Shown in pieces: positions 40,551-59,512 of a DNA stretch of 64,000 nucleotides; positions within the stretch are counted from its first letter, which is position 1; every line of letters begins with the position of its first letter. A program made the position numbers and the translations under genes. The notes under the pieces were generated by a model, which was not told the origin of the DNA, did not search any database, and was given only the letters and a program-made list of their open reading frames with translations. The stretch is from the human T2T-CHM13v2.0 reference genome, Homo sapiens: the NCBI RefSeq assembly GCF_009914755.1, contig NC_060929.1; one strand, given 5' to 3'.

Positions 40551-41466
40551 ACCTCCACAGCCCATGCTGTCTCCCATTTTCTTCTCTGCCCATTTCCCTC
40601 AGTTCCCCGCAACTGCTGTCTTCAGCTCAGCCTTCTATCTTTCATGGAGGGTGAGCTGTGCTTCTCCAGATGCCTGCATGAAGCCTGCGTCAGGGCTCTG
40701 GGCAGCTCAGTCTTACCTGTGGTCGCCATCATTATGCCAAAGGTAGACTTTGCCATCCAGATAACATTGGCCCATGGTTCCTTTAAGAATGTCTCATGTC
40801 CTTAACCACTACTGTCTGAACAGCCTGAAATAAGTGATACAGCCTCTACAAACACTTGGCTGGTTATTCAGCATTCTCAGTATATCATTAATAATAAACA
40901 AATACTTCCCAATAGTAATTGAATCACTCAAAAAATATTGTAGAAGATGATAAAAGCATGACATTGAAATATAATTCCCAAATTCAATTTAATCTGAAAT
41001 TAGATTTCCGTCTGGGTATTTGAGTTAGTGTTACAGCAGAAAAGGTTGTCCTTCCTTCACTTAACAAACATGAATAGAAACCTGTTAGGTACTGTCAAGT
41101 CCACTGGCAGTGGGGCTGTGAGCATGGATAAGAGGCGTCTCTGTCTTTTAGAAACTTATAAACTAGTAAGGGGAAAAAGATAAAATATATTTATGACTTT
41201 AGCAAATGGGATGATAACCATTTTAAAGTACTATGGTGCACAGGAGCAAGATATATTCTCTGGTCTGCATAATTTGAATAGTAGTTATAGTTCTTGGTTG
41301 CCACATAGCAACCTTATCTTCAAAATGTGTTCTATTCATTCTTCTGTGACTTTATTAATGGTGGTATTAAATGTAATCACTGTGTGCTACTTTTTTATGC
41401 TGATCTGCTGGCATTCATTGCATTACAAATGTGGGCATTGTACTGATTGGAGACACAAACTGTGAA

Positions 41467-41640
41467 ATAGTGGTGCTGAGATTTTGGTGGGAATCAGAAT
41501 CACCTGGGGATGTGTTCCAATACACCCAAATGCCAGCTCCTAACCCTCGACCCACAAAATTAGAACTATACCACTGCAGGCTTGGGTAGCTACATTGTGC
41601 TCTGTATCTCTCAGATGTTGATGCATCAGAGTTTGAGACT
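41467..41640. mobile_element. MER5-like hAT MITE remnant
   Basis: 'atcagaatcacctgggga'...'gatgcatcagagtttgaga'; a similar remnant lies near 43260-43400. Confidence 0.5.
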
Positions 41641-43738
41641 TGATACTAGAAAAAAATCATTGAAAATACTTTAAATGTAAAAGTTGAAGACCAAGATTTC
41701 CCCAGACTTGGGACATTGTGGACTTTGAATTCCTTAGAAAGGTAGGCAGACACGGTAGCAAGTTTATCGAGGGCAATTTCTGGACCGTAATGTGTCTTCT
41801 TCATTAGCAGCTCAAGGGCCAGCCAGCGGAGGGTAGTTTGGTATTTCGTGTTCCTCCTTTTCTCCCTAAGGCAGCCTCCCATTTGGGATTTCAGCCTGAA
41901 TCTTTTTCACAGCCATGACACATTTCCTCTGCCATGTGGTTACCCTGGCCTTGATTAATTGCCTTTAATAGAACTTCAGAGAATGGGTGGAGGCTAAAAT
42001 GACTACATCTACATCACCCTTGGTACTGATCAAGAATTTTGCAGAAATTCAGCAGTATTTGCACGCCAGATTTCCTTGGATACCGCCTTCAATCACGTTC
42101 AGGTTACACTATTACATGAATCCCAGCTAGGCTCTGACATCAAAGTGTCAAGGTTTCAGCCTTGACTCGGTAACCCTGGATGTAGTCTTTCTCCAGTCCT
42201 CGGTCTTGCTGTCTTTATATTAAAGCTACCTTGTAGAGCTGTGTTGAGTTTTAAATTAGAATATAGGTTACAAGCGTACCATAAAAGCTGTAAAATGGTG
42301 CGTGCTTATAAATGTTAATTACTATATTTACTAGTAATATATTACTAAATAGCTCTAAGCAAAGCAGTTAAATAGACAAATGTGTCTTCAGCCTAGGCAA
42401 CAAGTACAGATTCTCTTGACACCTTTTGGAGCTGACTTTCCCCTACACTGGTGTCTTCCTGTCCCTGCTGCCTTCTGTCCACTCCTTATGGAATTCTTGG
42501 CAGCATAATGTCCTACATAAATAGAAACCACCATGTCCTTCTTTGCTTTCCCTCTCTCTTGCCTTCCCCCTTTTCTCTGCATCTCACCACATGAGACCCT
42601 GTGCTCTGGGAATCCATACAATGGCTGGGTGCCAGACATTAATGGCAATAGTGGCTTAGCTCTGCAAGAATGTATTTACCTTAATGAGAGGTCTTCAGAG
42701 CCACAAGAGCTCCCAAGGAAGTATGTTGTGTTCTTCTGGGATAGTTGAAAATGGGATCATTGAAATGAGCCTTGAGAGCACTCAAGGCCCTCCTACAGCT
42801 TTCACAGGTTAAGAAGAAGAGACTTGCTGATGAGGGAGGTAGCAGCCCTGGAAAATGTGATTCTCACCGGTGCACGGCTCCATTTTCTCAGGTGTTATTA
42901 AGGGAGTGTTAATTGGCATTGTAGGATCTCAACACCTCTGATGGCCCCCATTAAGGGTTCCTATAGCTGCTGTAGCTTGAGATGTACCTGTACTCTGAGC
43001 CAGGTGTGGATCTCCAAAGTGGTGTGGTTTTCACATGAAGGTAACCTGTGCTTCTTCAAACGACACCCATAAATACATGAAGCCATAGTCACCTGTTGGG
43101 TTTCTGTGGAGCTACTCTCTCCAAATAGACAGACAGATTCAGGTCAAGCACAGCCCGCCCATCACAGCCTCCAGCAGTGCAGCCCTAATAGTTTGAGATG
43201 GAACATCCCCAGGTAGGGGTAGAGACAGAATGTCAGCCCACCATGAGTTGCAGTAGCTGTTTGTAGTTCTCAAATTGCAGTAAGCATCAAACTCGCCTGG
43301 GGAGCTTGTTTGGACAGCTCAAACGCCTGGATCTCTCTTTTCTGAGTCAACAATTCCTGGGTAGAAGCCTGGCATCTACATTTCTAACGAACACCCATGG
43401 AAACTCTAACGATCCTGCTGAGCAGAAAAGAGTGTGGAGAAAAAGAAGCTACATAGAGCAGTGTTAGCCTAATCAAGAAGATCCCAAGTCCCTCCACCCC
43501 ATTCAATACGCAGGCATCTGGACATTTCTATGATATTGGTGTACACTTTGAGGCAATTTGGTGGATGGTCCATTCTTCAGAAACTGTCTTGGAATACGTG
43601 AATATTCTTAACCAATTGGCAGTTGTGACTTTTATTTTTGCCTGCCTAGCATATAGGGGTGAGGGAGTCTCACAGTCTTGACTTGTAATTGTTAGAGGGT
43701 ATCAGATAATTTAAACTGTTTTTGTTCTGAAAGAACCA

Positions 43739-43760
43739 TCTCTCTCTCTCTCTCTCTCTC
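43739..43760 (+). repeat. (TC)11 microsatellite forming the polypyrimidine tract of the 43765 exon
   Basis: Immediately followed by ATAG|C. Confidence 0.95.
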
Positions 43761-43764
43761 ATAG

Positions 43765-43902
43765 CTTTGGCATGATTCATGATGGAGAAGGGAACATGTG
43801 TAAAAAGTCCGAGGGCAACATCATGTCCCCTACATTGGCAGGACGCAATGGAGTCTTCTCCTGGTCACCCTGCAGCCGCCAGTATCTACACAAATTTCTA
43901 AG
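43765..43902 (+). CDS. ADAMTS16: ADAMTS16 coding exon (probably exon 9): FGMIHDGEGNMCKKSEGNIMSPTLAGRNGVFSWSPCSRQYLHKFL(S)
   Basis: Acceptor (TC)11ATAG, donor AAG|GTAGGA; 138 nt. Third zinc His (HD), Met-turn IMSP and WSxCS motif. Confidence 0.97.
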
Positions 43903-44277
43903 GTAGGAACTCTTTAAGCTGGTCTTGTGATCTTTCGGGGCCTTTGATGCTCACTGCCTGGTCAGCCAGATCCTGTGCAAGCAGCCCCAGGCTGTGCTTC
44001 CTGATGTGGCTCCCTTTGAAGGTGTCTTGAGACATTCAGTTGACCGAAGAGTTTGCTAAAAATCTCCTTAGAGCATGGAGGCCTGTTGGCTTAATCTGAC
44101 ATTGATTCAAAGGGAATCAATGACTTGAGACTAAAAGGGAGCCATAAGACACTTACCAAAATATTTGTCACTAACATTTAAGTTTTACAATTCTCACTTC
44201 CATAATTAGGAATCTTCAGGAAGTGAATAGAAAGATCGTACATGTACACATCTGTATACACAATAATAAAGCATAAC

Positions 44278-44378
44278 TTTTTTTGGTTTTTCTTCTTTCT
44301 CTTTATTTTTTCTTTCTTTTCCTTCCTTCCTTTTCTTTCTTTCTTTTTCTTCCTTTCTCTCTCACTTTCTTTCTTTTT
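44278..44378 (+). repeat. T/C-rich low-complexity tract
   Basis: Read directly. Confidence 0.85.
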
Positions 44379-47300
44379 ACTAAATGCATTCCTCATTAGG
44401 TGAAGAAACTTGAGTATATAAACTTTAACCTAGCTCTAATATTCTGTAATCTTCAATAATATTTTTAGAAATTTTCTCTAAGCACTAATTTATTTAGGAG
44501 ATAAAACATTGGGGAGGTAGGGTTTGATCCTTGAAAAATAGTAGATTTGAAAATTTCAGAGAAATGAGGAACTTTATGAAACGTTCTTAGAACTGCTAGT
44601 TTATATGCTTGTTCCCTAAATCTCTTTGGCTTTGAGTTTGAAGTTTGGTTTAAATCTTAAGCCAAAACTTTATTTCTGACATTACAGTCCAGTGTGAATT
44701 GGAAAGTCTCTGCTCCACACAGTCATTCAGAGACCCAGGTTTCTTCCATCCTGTGACCTTTCCTCTTCCAGGACCTAGTTCCCCACTGCAGCCATCCGGG
44801 GACTGAGGACAGAGAGAGCACAGGAGGGTGTGCGGGACAAGGGTGGTGTTCCTGGAGGAACTCATATGACTGCCCAGAAGTGCAAGGGGCATTGAGAAAT
44901 GTCCTCTACCCATGTGCTCAGGTGACAGAGAGCCATCTGTGCCACATGATGAACCCCAAATCCTATTGCAGAAAAGTAAATAAAAATATTTTAAAAAATT
45001 TAAAAAAGCAAATAAAAATTTTAAAATGAAGAACAGAGGGAAGGGCACAAATGTATAGATTCTAAGGAACTAGCTAGTTGTGATAGGAAAGTTTGAAATT
45101 TGACAAGAATTATATTTCTATTATTAAAAAGTAGGGCAAATACTAATACTTCCAACAAAAGCAAAGGGTTTTTTTTTTAAGTAACAGCTTTAATGAGCTA
45201 AAATTAATACACAAAAACTACACATATTTAACGTATACAGTAAGATGAGTTTAGAGGTTTGCATGCACCAATGAAATAATCTCCAGGGAGATTCCAGCAG
45301 GTTTGGTGGAAGAAAAAAATAGCTTAGCAGCACCCAAGAAGTCCCCAGGCTAGGAAACGAGATTATCTGCCTTCCAAGTCTTTGTAATGTACATGTCTTT
45401 GCAGTCAAAACTAGGAACTAGTTATTCCAAACTGAGAACTAAGAACAAAGTTCCCCTATCCTATTAGATCCTGTAGACTCTTCAGTTCTCAACCGGCCTC
45501 TCTGGTTCCTTTCACTGACCTTACTTCTTTGTGTCCTACCTTTTTTTTGTTTTCTTTCTTCCTTTTTTATTCATATATTTAATTAATAGAGCTCTTTTTT
45601 TCTGTTGCACAAATTAAGTCTTCTTATTTCTAAGACGCTATTTGAGTAGCAGGATCACACCAGTACTTCTGTTGGTTTTACTCCAGTGTACTTTCTGGTG
45701 GTCTGTTGCCCCAGGGCTCACCTGGGGCTGGATTGCCCCTATGGCTGCGTCTTCCTTCATTCTCTAGGGATCCTGGCTTCCCATCTTCCCAGCCAGGATT
45801 TTGATCATCAGCCTCCAGGGGCTGTGTTCCTCTAGCTTCCTCCTTTTTGGTGTTCCTCCTCCAAGGACTAAAGTATGTTAACACATTAAGGAACAACTGT
45901 GTTTCATAGTTTATGCCACCCAGCATAAGTGGCAACAGTTTGGACGATATGTGTATCTTGGTAATATAAACCTGTATTCTGGGAATATACACTTGATCAT
46001 TTTTAAAAAAAAAATTATATTACCAAAAAAAGACAATGTTAAAGCTATTCTACAACTGACATGATGCATAGGAGTACATTTAGCATTTGTTTTTCCCTGC
46101 ATGGTATTCTCAGAGTCAAGCTGGGGATTGTTAGCATTGTTTTTAGCTGTTTCTTGCAGCTGTTCACATTTTTCTCTCTCTGTGTGTGTAGAAATTCTAC
46201 TCTGGGTAACAAGGAAGATTATTCAGTTTAGGCTCACCATGCTGTTATTTGCATTAACAAGGAAAATTCAGAGTTTTCTATATTCCAGATCCTTTCTATA
46301 GTTTTCTAGATTCAGAATTTTTTAAACCTCTTTTTCATCTTAATCGTTATGAGGAAGATACAGTAACACTTTTTCTATTTTGAAATATCCTCTGACAACT
46401 GAAAAAATCAGGGGATTATAATTTGGGTGTGTAGTGAGAACACCCAAGTTATGAAAGTCCAAAAAAAGTTTTGAAACTGCCAAGAAATATAGGCAGACTC
46501 ATGGAAAGAAGATAATTACATGCTCGGGGAATAATTATTTTGAGGACGTTGAAAATAGAATGTCATCTTGAAGACATAATATAGTCCTAAGAATGATTAT
46601 TAAGGTACTGGAATTAAAAGCCATTTTCTTTCTATGATACTGGAACACCTGAACTATAAGTTGAAGTGTGCTGATGTGTTTTTGTGTGCATCCAGCAAAA
46701 CACTACTGTAGCATTTCAATGATAAACATTTATTTTCAGGGACTTTACCAATTTCTTTTGACCACATGAGTATAAATAAATAGGTAAGGTTTTACGTGCT
46801 TACAGATTTGTTTTCTTGAATGGTGAAATTTTCCAAGAAAGTCTCTTGTTGTTAAATTCACTATTAAGATTCATTTTACTCGAAAACCAGTTGCAAATTG
46901 GACACTTCTATAGTGTGTTAAATCTTGATTTTTCACTGACTTAATGAATCTGAGACTGTCTTGTTTGATTGTTTGCTGACTTTCTGATTTCCAAGTAATC
47001 AAAATACTGTTATATTCTCCACCAATTAGGTGGCTCTTTGGATATGATCCCAACAATGAGCAAGGATAAATGGCTACCTTTTAAGATGAATCTGTTCTCC
47101 TTATTAGTAGTCTAGCATTTGATAGTGGGAAAAAATGTAAGGGAACTCAATTGGCCTGAAGTTTTCAGCACAACTCTTCTCTATTCTTGGTAGAGTTATG
47201 AAGGCTTGATAGTTTTTTGGAGTGAATTCATCAACCTAGTCAATAAAGTCATGTGTCATTTTCCATTAACCGACACTGACCTCATCACATTACTCATGTC

Positions 47301-49774
47301 TGCATCCAGGAGGCCTGTGACTTAGGGAAATTTTAGCTCATTATTTTAAATTTCATGACAACAGGGACTCATCTTCAGTTACTTTTTAAAAATTTAAATC
47401 ATGCCCTGCAGATCAGTGAAAATGCCAGCTCTCTGACCACGTGAATCTGAACACATCAAAGCATGAGAAAGGTGACCATCATCGCAGGGAACTTGGAGTG
47501 TAAGCGGCGCCGTACCCCATACTACTTCTGTTGATGGGAAAATGAGATCTGACCTGACAGCCCATTAAGTGTGTTTTTGTGCATAATGGAAATAATACAT
47601 TTCGAGTCACACACTGCTCTGTGATACAAAGCTCATCTTAAATCATGGCCAGTTGTTGTCTCTGCGGTGCCAGGGTGACTCTAAGACTAGAGGGCAGGCA
47701 CTTTCCTGCGGAGGAGAGAAGGACCGAGGGAATCAGTTCATGTCTTGTTCACGCATGTCTGGGAAGGTCTTTGGTGGGTAATATAACCTTTTCTGAGGGC
47801 CTCAGTCTTCTTAACTGAAAAATGATGGGATATAACTAAAAGATCTCTCAAGCTCTTTAACATTTTTTGATTCACCACTTAGAGTGGGAAAGGGATTTTG
47901 AAATGTTGTAATGATACTTTTGACCTTCCTTAATGTGTTCATTAACATTATTTTTGTTTTGGTACGAAATATATACAGAAAAGTACAAAATTATAAGAGT
48001 GCCTACAGCTCAATGAATTTTGGCATGATGAACGCAATAGTGTAACTAACTTCTATGCAGATCAAGATACAGAGTGTGGTAGGGACTTTAGAAGCTGCTT
48101 CTCCCCACTCCAAGGGCTTCCGCTCTTCCCCAAAGGTAACCACCATCCTGACATGGAACCCTGTGTATTGGAATCAGGAGTTATGCACCCTTGTGCAGTT
48201 ATGAGATTCATCCTTGTTGCTGCATCTAAATATAGCATTAGTCTACTTAGTTATGTTGCATATAATTTATATACTAAATATATAAATATACTAAAACTTA
48301 TTCATTCATTCTGTTGGTGATAGACATTTGAGTTTCCAATTTTTGGCGATTACAAGGAACAGCACTGTGAATATTCTCTTGGTTTGCATATGTGTCTTGA
48401 GTGTACATAGGAATGGAATTTTCAGAGTCATAAATATATAAGCACAGGTGCAATAGACAGTACTAATCAGCTTTCCTAAGTAGCTGTGTGAAGTTACACT
48501 CCCAGAAGCATTTGTGAAACTTTCAAAATGGTTTCAAATCCTTCCCAACACTTGGTCACGTTGATATTTTTCATTTTATGTATCTGGTGGGTGTGTAGTT
48601 TCATATCAATGTATTAATTAATAAGATTGAATACATTTTATATGTTTAATGGCCACTTGAATAACCTTTTCCTTTTTAGTAAAGTGCTATAATCTTTTGT
48701 GCATGTAAAAAAAATAGACCCTGTTTTTTTTCTTCTCTCTTGGTGAGAGTATTGTATACATTCTGAGTATAAACATTTTGTCCCATTCTGGAATATACGT
48801 ATTATAAAATCTTCTCTGACTCTGTGACTTTTTATTTACACTTTTAATGGTGGCTTTTGCTAAACAGAAATTTTTATTTTTTTAATGGAATCCAAATTAT
48901 TAATGTGTCTTTAGGGTTGGTGCTTTTGTACACTGCTGGAAAAAAAGAAAAAAAAAAAAGCTCTACTTGTCCCAAAGTTGCAAAGGTGTTCTTCCACATG
49001 ATCTCCTACAAGTTTTATTGTTTGCTTATCACATGTAGACCACTTAATTTTTGTATATGGCATGCAAAAAGTCAACATTCATTTTATCCATGTGGTTATT
49101 GTGGTCGATTGATTATAAAATGGTTGCAATGATTTTCCTTTCTGCACCCACACTTTTGGTGGTTGGACCATTTTGCATTCTCACTGGAGGTAAATGAGAG
49201 TTCCTGTTTCTCCACATTCTCATCAGTGTTTGACATTGTCAGTGTTTTGGATTTTCACTATTCTAAGAGGTGTGTAGTGGTGTCTCACTGATGTTTGCCT
49301 TTGCAATTCCCTAATGACATATGATGTTGAGATCTTTTTATATGCTTATTTGCCATCTATATATTCTTTGATTAGGTGTCTGTTCAGATTTTTGTCCACT
49401 TTTTGTTATTCTTGTTGTTATTCTTACTGTTTCTTGTTCTTGGATTGTAAGTGTTATTTATATGCTTTGTGTAACAGCCCTTTATTGGCTATGTCTTTTA
49501 CAAATATATTCTCCCACTCTGTGTCTTGTCTTCTCATTTTCTTGACATTTATTTCACAGAGCAGACATTTTTTATTTTAATGAAGTACAGCTTGTCAATT
49601 ATTTCTTTCATTGATTATGCCTTTGATGTTGTATCAAAAAAGCCATTGTCATATCCAAGGTCACCTAGATTTTCTCCTATGTTATTTTCTAGAAGTTCTG
49701 TAGTTGTGCATTTTATATTTAGCTGTATGATCCATTGTGAGTTAGTTTTTGTATGGGGTATAAGATCTGCCTTT

Positions 49775-50411
<637 letters not shown>

Positions 50412-52723
50412 AGATTAATTTTTTTACGTGTAGATGACCAATTGTTTCAGTATGATCAGTTTAAAAGGCTATCTTTTCTCCATTCCATTGCCTTTGCTCC
50501 TTTGTCAAAGATCAGTTGACTATATTTATGTGGGTGGATTATTGGCCTTTCTATACTGTTCCACTGATCTATTTGTCCATTCTTTGTAACTTTATAGTAA
50601 GTCTTGAAGTTAGGTATTGTCAGTCTTTGTTCTCTTCCTTCAGTATTGCTCTGGTTATTTTAAGTGTTTTGCCTCTCCATATAAACTTTGGAATCAGTTT
50701 GTTTATATCCTCAAAATAACTTCCTTCAGTTTTGATTGACATTGCAATGAAGCTATAGATTAAAATGGGAAGAACTAATCTCCTGACAAGATTGAGTCTT
50801 CTGATCTATGGACATGAAATATCTCTCTATTTAGTTTTTCTTTGATTTCTTTCATCAGTTTTGTAGATTTTTCTCATGTAGGCTTTGCACATATTTTGCT
50901 ACATTTATATCTGTTTCATTTTTGGTTGCTAATATAAATGACATGTTTCTAATTTTCAATAAATTCTGTTTGGTTGTCACTGGCATATAGAAAAGCAATT
51001 GACTTTTGCATATTAAGCTTTTATCCTGCAACTTTGCCGTAACTTATTAGTTCCAGGAGTTTCTTGGTGGATTCTTTCAAATTTCTACCTAGACAATCAT
51101 GTCATCTATGAACAAAGATAGTTTTATTTATTCTTTTCCAGTCTGTATGCCTTTTATGTAATATTCTTGCTTTATTGCACTAGGTAGCACTTCCAATACA
51201 ATGTTGAAAGGGAGTGGTAAGAGGAGTCATTCTTATTTGTTCCTGATTTTAGTGGAGAAGCTTTAAGTTTCGCACCATTAATTATAATGTTAACTATATT
51301 TTTTGTGGATGGAAGTTCTCCTCTATTCCTAGTTTGCTGGGATTTTTTTTTTTTTATCATGAATGAGTGTTAAATTTTATCAAATGGTTTTTTTCTTCAT
51401 CTGTTGATATGATCGTGTGGTTTTTCTTCTTTAGCCTATTGATGTAATAGATTACATTAATTGACTTTAGAATATTGAACAGACCTTGCAGACCTAGGAT
51501 TAATCCCACTTGGTCATAGTATATAGTTCTTCTCATGCATTGTTGGATCCAATTTGCTAACATTTTGTTGAGAATTTTTGTATCGATGTTTATGAGAGAT
51601 AAGAAAAGCTTTCTTTTCTTGTACTATGTTTGTCTGGTTTTGGTATTAGGATAATGCTGACCTCATCTTAAAATTTAGAAAGTATTCCCTCTGCTCCAAT
51701 TTATTGGAAGAGATTGTAGAGAATTGGTATAAGTTCTTCCCTAATCTCTGGTATAATTCACAGAGAACCCATCTGGGCTATATGTTGCTTTTTATGCACG
51801 GAGTCCTGAGCTCTGAAGCAGTGGAACGTGGGACTGGGGGTCCTAGAAATGAGCCAGAAATCTTCCAGTCAAGGTGGACAACCACTCAGAGCCAAGTTTG
51901 GAGGATGATCTGCCATTGCTCATTGTATTGTGATTCTAGGTTTTTGTTTTTTTGGTTTTCTCAGGGAAGGGCCTATTGAAATTTGTAGGAGGGATTTAGT
52001 TGCTATTTGAAAACACAAAAATGTTTAAATACACTTTCCCAAATGCATAAATTATACCAAAGAACATCCTGGAAGAGAAGAGGATAATCTATTTATGGAA
52101 AAAGAAATTATTACTTGTTCTTTAGCCATCTACCAATGATTTCAGCAAGGTTAATTTTCTGCTTGACTTGGGGGTCATCAGAAATCATCCTGAGCACAGA
52201 GCATTGCTGGTGGAAATCCAGTGATCCAGGAAGAACCTCTACAATCTCGAAGATAATATACATGTCCCCTAGCCTAGAGGGAAAAAGAATGAAAAGCAAA
52301 GAAACAAAGAAAGTTCCAGTCTTTGAAATAGAGTATGTTTTATTTTTATAATGCCCATCTTTTGGTTGATTCTGCCAAGAAGTGTGCATAAAAGATGTCC
52401 ATCATAAGAGCTTCTCATGTTGAACACTGGTTGTAATTATTCAGTTGCACTTTTCCTCATGATAAGTTTAAGAAATTTAATAAGTACAAATCGTCTCCCT
52501 GGAACAGGTACAATGTATAATAAACAATTTCAGAAAATGGAGTCTCTGTATTTAAATATAATTAAGATAAGTATTATATTGTAACTCAGGAGAAAAAAAG
52601 TTCTCCTCTTTGTATACACAATATATGTTGTAAAATTACATGGGGGAGAAAGGCATAATTAGTTGTAAGTCCTTTGGTTACTCTACGGGCAGTTACTAGT
52701 AGCTCATCTCCTCTTTGTTTCAG

Positions 52724-52877
52724 CACCGCTCAAGCTATCTGCCTTGCTGATCAGCCAAAGCCTGTGAAGGAATACAAGTATCCTGAGAAATTGCCAGGAG
52801 AATTATATGATGCAAACACACAGTGCAAGTGGCAGTTCGGAGAGAAAGCCAAGCTCTGCATGCTGGACTTTAAAAAG
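52724..52877 (+). CDS. ADAMTS16: ADAMTS16 coding exon (probably exon 10): TAQAICLADQP...LPGELYDANTQCKWQFGEKAKLCMLDFKK, start of disintegrin-like domain
   Basis: Acceptor TTTGTTTCAG. CLxDxP and LPGxxYDAxxQC motifs. 3' end placed at AAG|GCAAGT (GC donor), giving phase 0; 154 nt. Confidence 0.93.
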
Positions 52878-54019
52878 GCAAGTGATTATTGGCACATGCT
52901 CAATGCAACATGATTCATAAGACTGTTTTATTTAGTGTAACTGATGTTGATATATTCTGCATTTATTGGGTACCTACCAAATGTCAAATCCTGTATGTTA
53001 AGGCTGGTCCTGTATAACGGGAAACACATGTTTCACTGGCAAAGAAGACGACAGGAGATACTGTTGTGGGTATCAGTTTTCATTTGAGAACCGACTTGGC
53101 CTGTTAGGTTGGATCTTTCTTTCTGATTTATCGTGTGGGAGCTCAGCAATAACTTTTAGTCAGTGTAAGTTGGCAAATTAATACTCTGCATTTTTTTAAA
53201 TGGTTTTAAAAAAACGAAGTCCCCCTCCTCTCTCCCAATATAAGCATACTTTACTATAAAGCAGCAGCTTACCTAGGGCTACTGATTAATAAATTTCCCT
53301 CAAACAAGGTATTTATAGAGTTGTCTCTCATAGAAGGTAATACCTACTCCGTCAACCCCAGGAACTTTACCAGAGTGATTTAGTAACAGCAATTGCTCAT
53401 GTAACACAGAGACATATGCTCTTGCTAGAAAGGGAAAATCGAGATTTAGGAACCTGCTCTATCAAACACAGGAAAAGCTACCCATAAATTAAATAAAAGT
53501 AACTATTTTTAAGGTTTCTTTTATTCTAGTTTATAATAAAATCAAGAAGAAATTAGAGAAAAATATAATCCTCCAGAAACTTCCAAACATTTCAAAATGC
53601 ATTGGGAATACTCCCAACTTAAATCTAACGTGATAATCATCTTTCTTCTAAAGTCAAGCAGAGCTCCCCCAAAGATCAATTCCAGCTATGTGCCAGAACT
53701 GGATCCTTATCTCTTCAGCTGGGGAGTCCCAGACTGGAACAAGATCTGTAAATCCGTCAGCAGCAGCAGACATTCTCAATACTGCCTTTTCTTATGGGCA
53801 GAAGATGTGAATTCCCTGAGAAATTTTTTTTTGAGTGTTACTCTTCTGTTTGTTAAGGAAAATGGACATAAAACTAATGGGTTTTTTTCAAAGATAGGAT
53901 CTTCTAGATTGTGCTTCTGGTTTCCATGGTAGTTAGCTTTGTGACCACGGACTGTGTCATTCATGGTGCCCTGTTGTCATTTGGAAAACATAGGCAATGA
54001 AAAGTTAGATGCAAGGTGC

Positions 54020-57900
<3,881 letters not shown>

Positions 57901-58030
57901 TGGACGGTGGGAGAAGTAAAGTATCTTTTAAAATTGAAAAAACAGTACATCTATTAAAATCACATAATGTCAGATCATTCCTTATGATATATAAAATTGT
58001 TCTTTAACACAAACTTTATGTATTTTCTTT

Positions 58031-58333
58031 TTTCTTTTATTTACTTATTTATGTTTTGATGGAGTCTTGCTCTATCGCCCAGGTTGGAGTGTAGTAGCAC
58101 CATCCCAGCTCTCAGCTTACTGGAACCTCTCCCTCCCAGGCTCAAGCAATTCTCATGCTGAGTAGCTAGGGTTACAGGTGCATGCCACCATGCCTGGCTA
58201 ATTTTTTGTATTTTTTGTTGAGACAGTGTTTCACCATGTTGGCCAGGCTAGTCTGGAATTCCTGACCTCAAGCAATCCGCCTGCCTTGGCCTCCCAAAGT
58301 GCTGGGATTACAGCTGTGAGCCACCGCACCCAG
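58031..58333 (-). mobile_element. Older Alu (S/J) with small indels
   Basis: Alu dimer flanked by ctttatgtattttcttt and ctttgtattttcttt. Confidence 0.85.
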
Positions 58334-59329
58334 CTTTGTATTTTCTTTTAAAAATTAGAAGCTATTTGTGTGGCCAGTATCTCTCAGACACCAAATCTCA
58401 AAATTACATATGGTGTGGCAATTAGAGATTTTTAAAAATTTTCTATGTGAATTGAAACATCTCAGAACAATTTAAACTATAAAACTTATTTTTTTTAATG
58501 AACACCTGCTCAATTTTTATTTAAAAGGGCCTATTTTGTTCAGATGAAATGTAGAGATCAGGAAGTTTCTTAATGGGAGGATATAAAACAAGAAATAACA
58601 ATAAGAAGCAAATGGCCCAGTGCCCAGACCAGCCCTGGGCACAGTAGAGTCACTCAGAAATATGCTAATCTAGATGATGGATGGATGATATTTTAGGAAG
58701 GGATGAATCTCTTTTAAATAGCTAACATTATTTCCTTTGAAAAGTGAATAGACAATGTAAATGCATATGCATCCTTTTTTTGTATATGTGAATGTATATT
58801 TGATGTGTATGTATGTTTACATACTTATGTATAATATGTGACACATATATGACAATGGCTTTTTCTGTCACTGATGTAGAGTGATAATCAGGATTAGTGA
58901 TAAAAGCATCTCACTGCTTGAAGAATAAATAATGACAATGCCCTGTATATCTGACTGTAACATCAATTGTAACTGCATTCTTTTTTTCCATAAGTCATTG
59001 GGGTACAGGTGGTATTTGGTGACATGAGTAAGTTCTTTAGTGGTGATTTGTGAGATTTTGGTGTACCCATCACCCAAGCAGTATACACTGCACCATATTT
59101 GTAGCCTTTTATCCCTCGGCCCCCTCCCTCTCTTCAGTCCCCAAAGTTCATTGTATCATTCTTAGGCCTTTGTGTTCTCATAGCTTTGCTCCCATATATC
59201 AGTGAGAACATACAATATTTGATTTTCCATTCCTGAGCTACTTCACTTGGAATAATAGTCTCCAGTCTCATCGCTCACTGCAAATGCTGTTAATTGATTC
59301 CTTTTTATGGCTGAGTAGTATTCCATTAC

Positions 59330-59512
59330 ATATATATATATATATGTGGTATATATATATGTGGTATATATATATATGTGGTGTATATATATGTATGTGG
59401 TATATATATATGGTATATATATGTGTGGTATATATATGTGGTATATATATGTGGTGTGTATATATATATATATGTGGTGTGTATGTGTATGTATATATAT
59501 ATATATATATAT
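59330..59512. repeat. Compound (TA)n/TGTGG repeat inside the L1PB
   Basis: Repeating (TA)n-TGTGG units; source of the Y/I/H-rich ORFs at 59243-59647. Confidence 0.93.
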
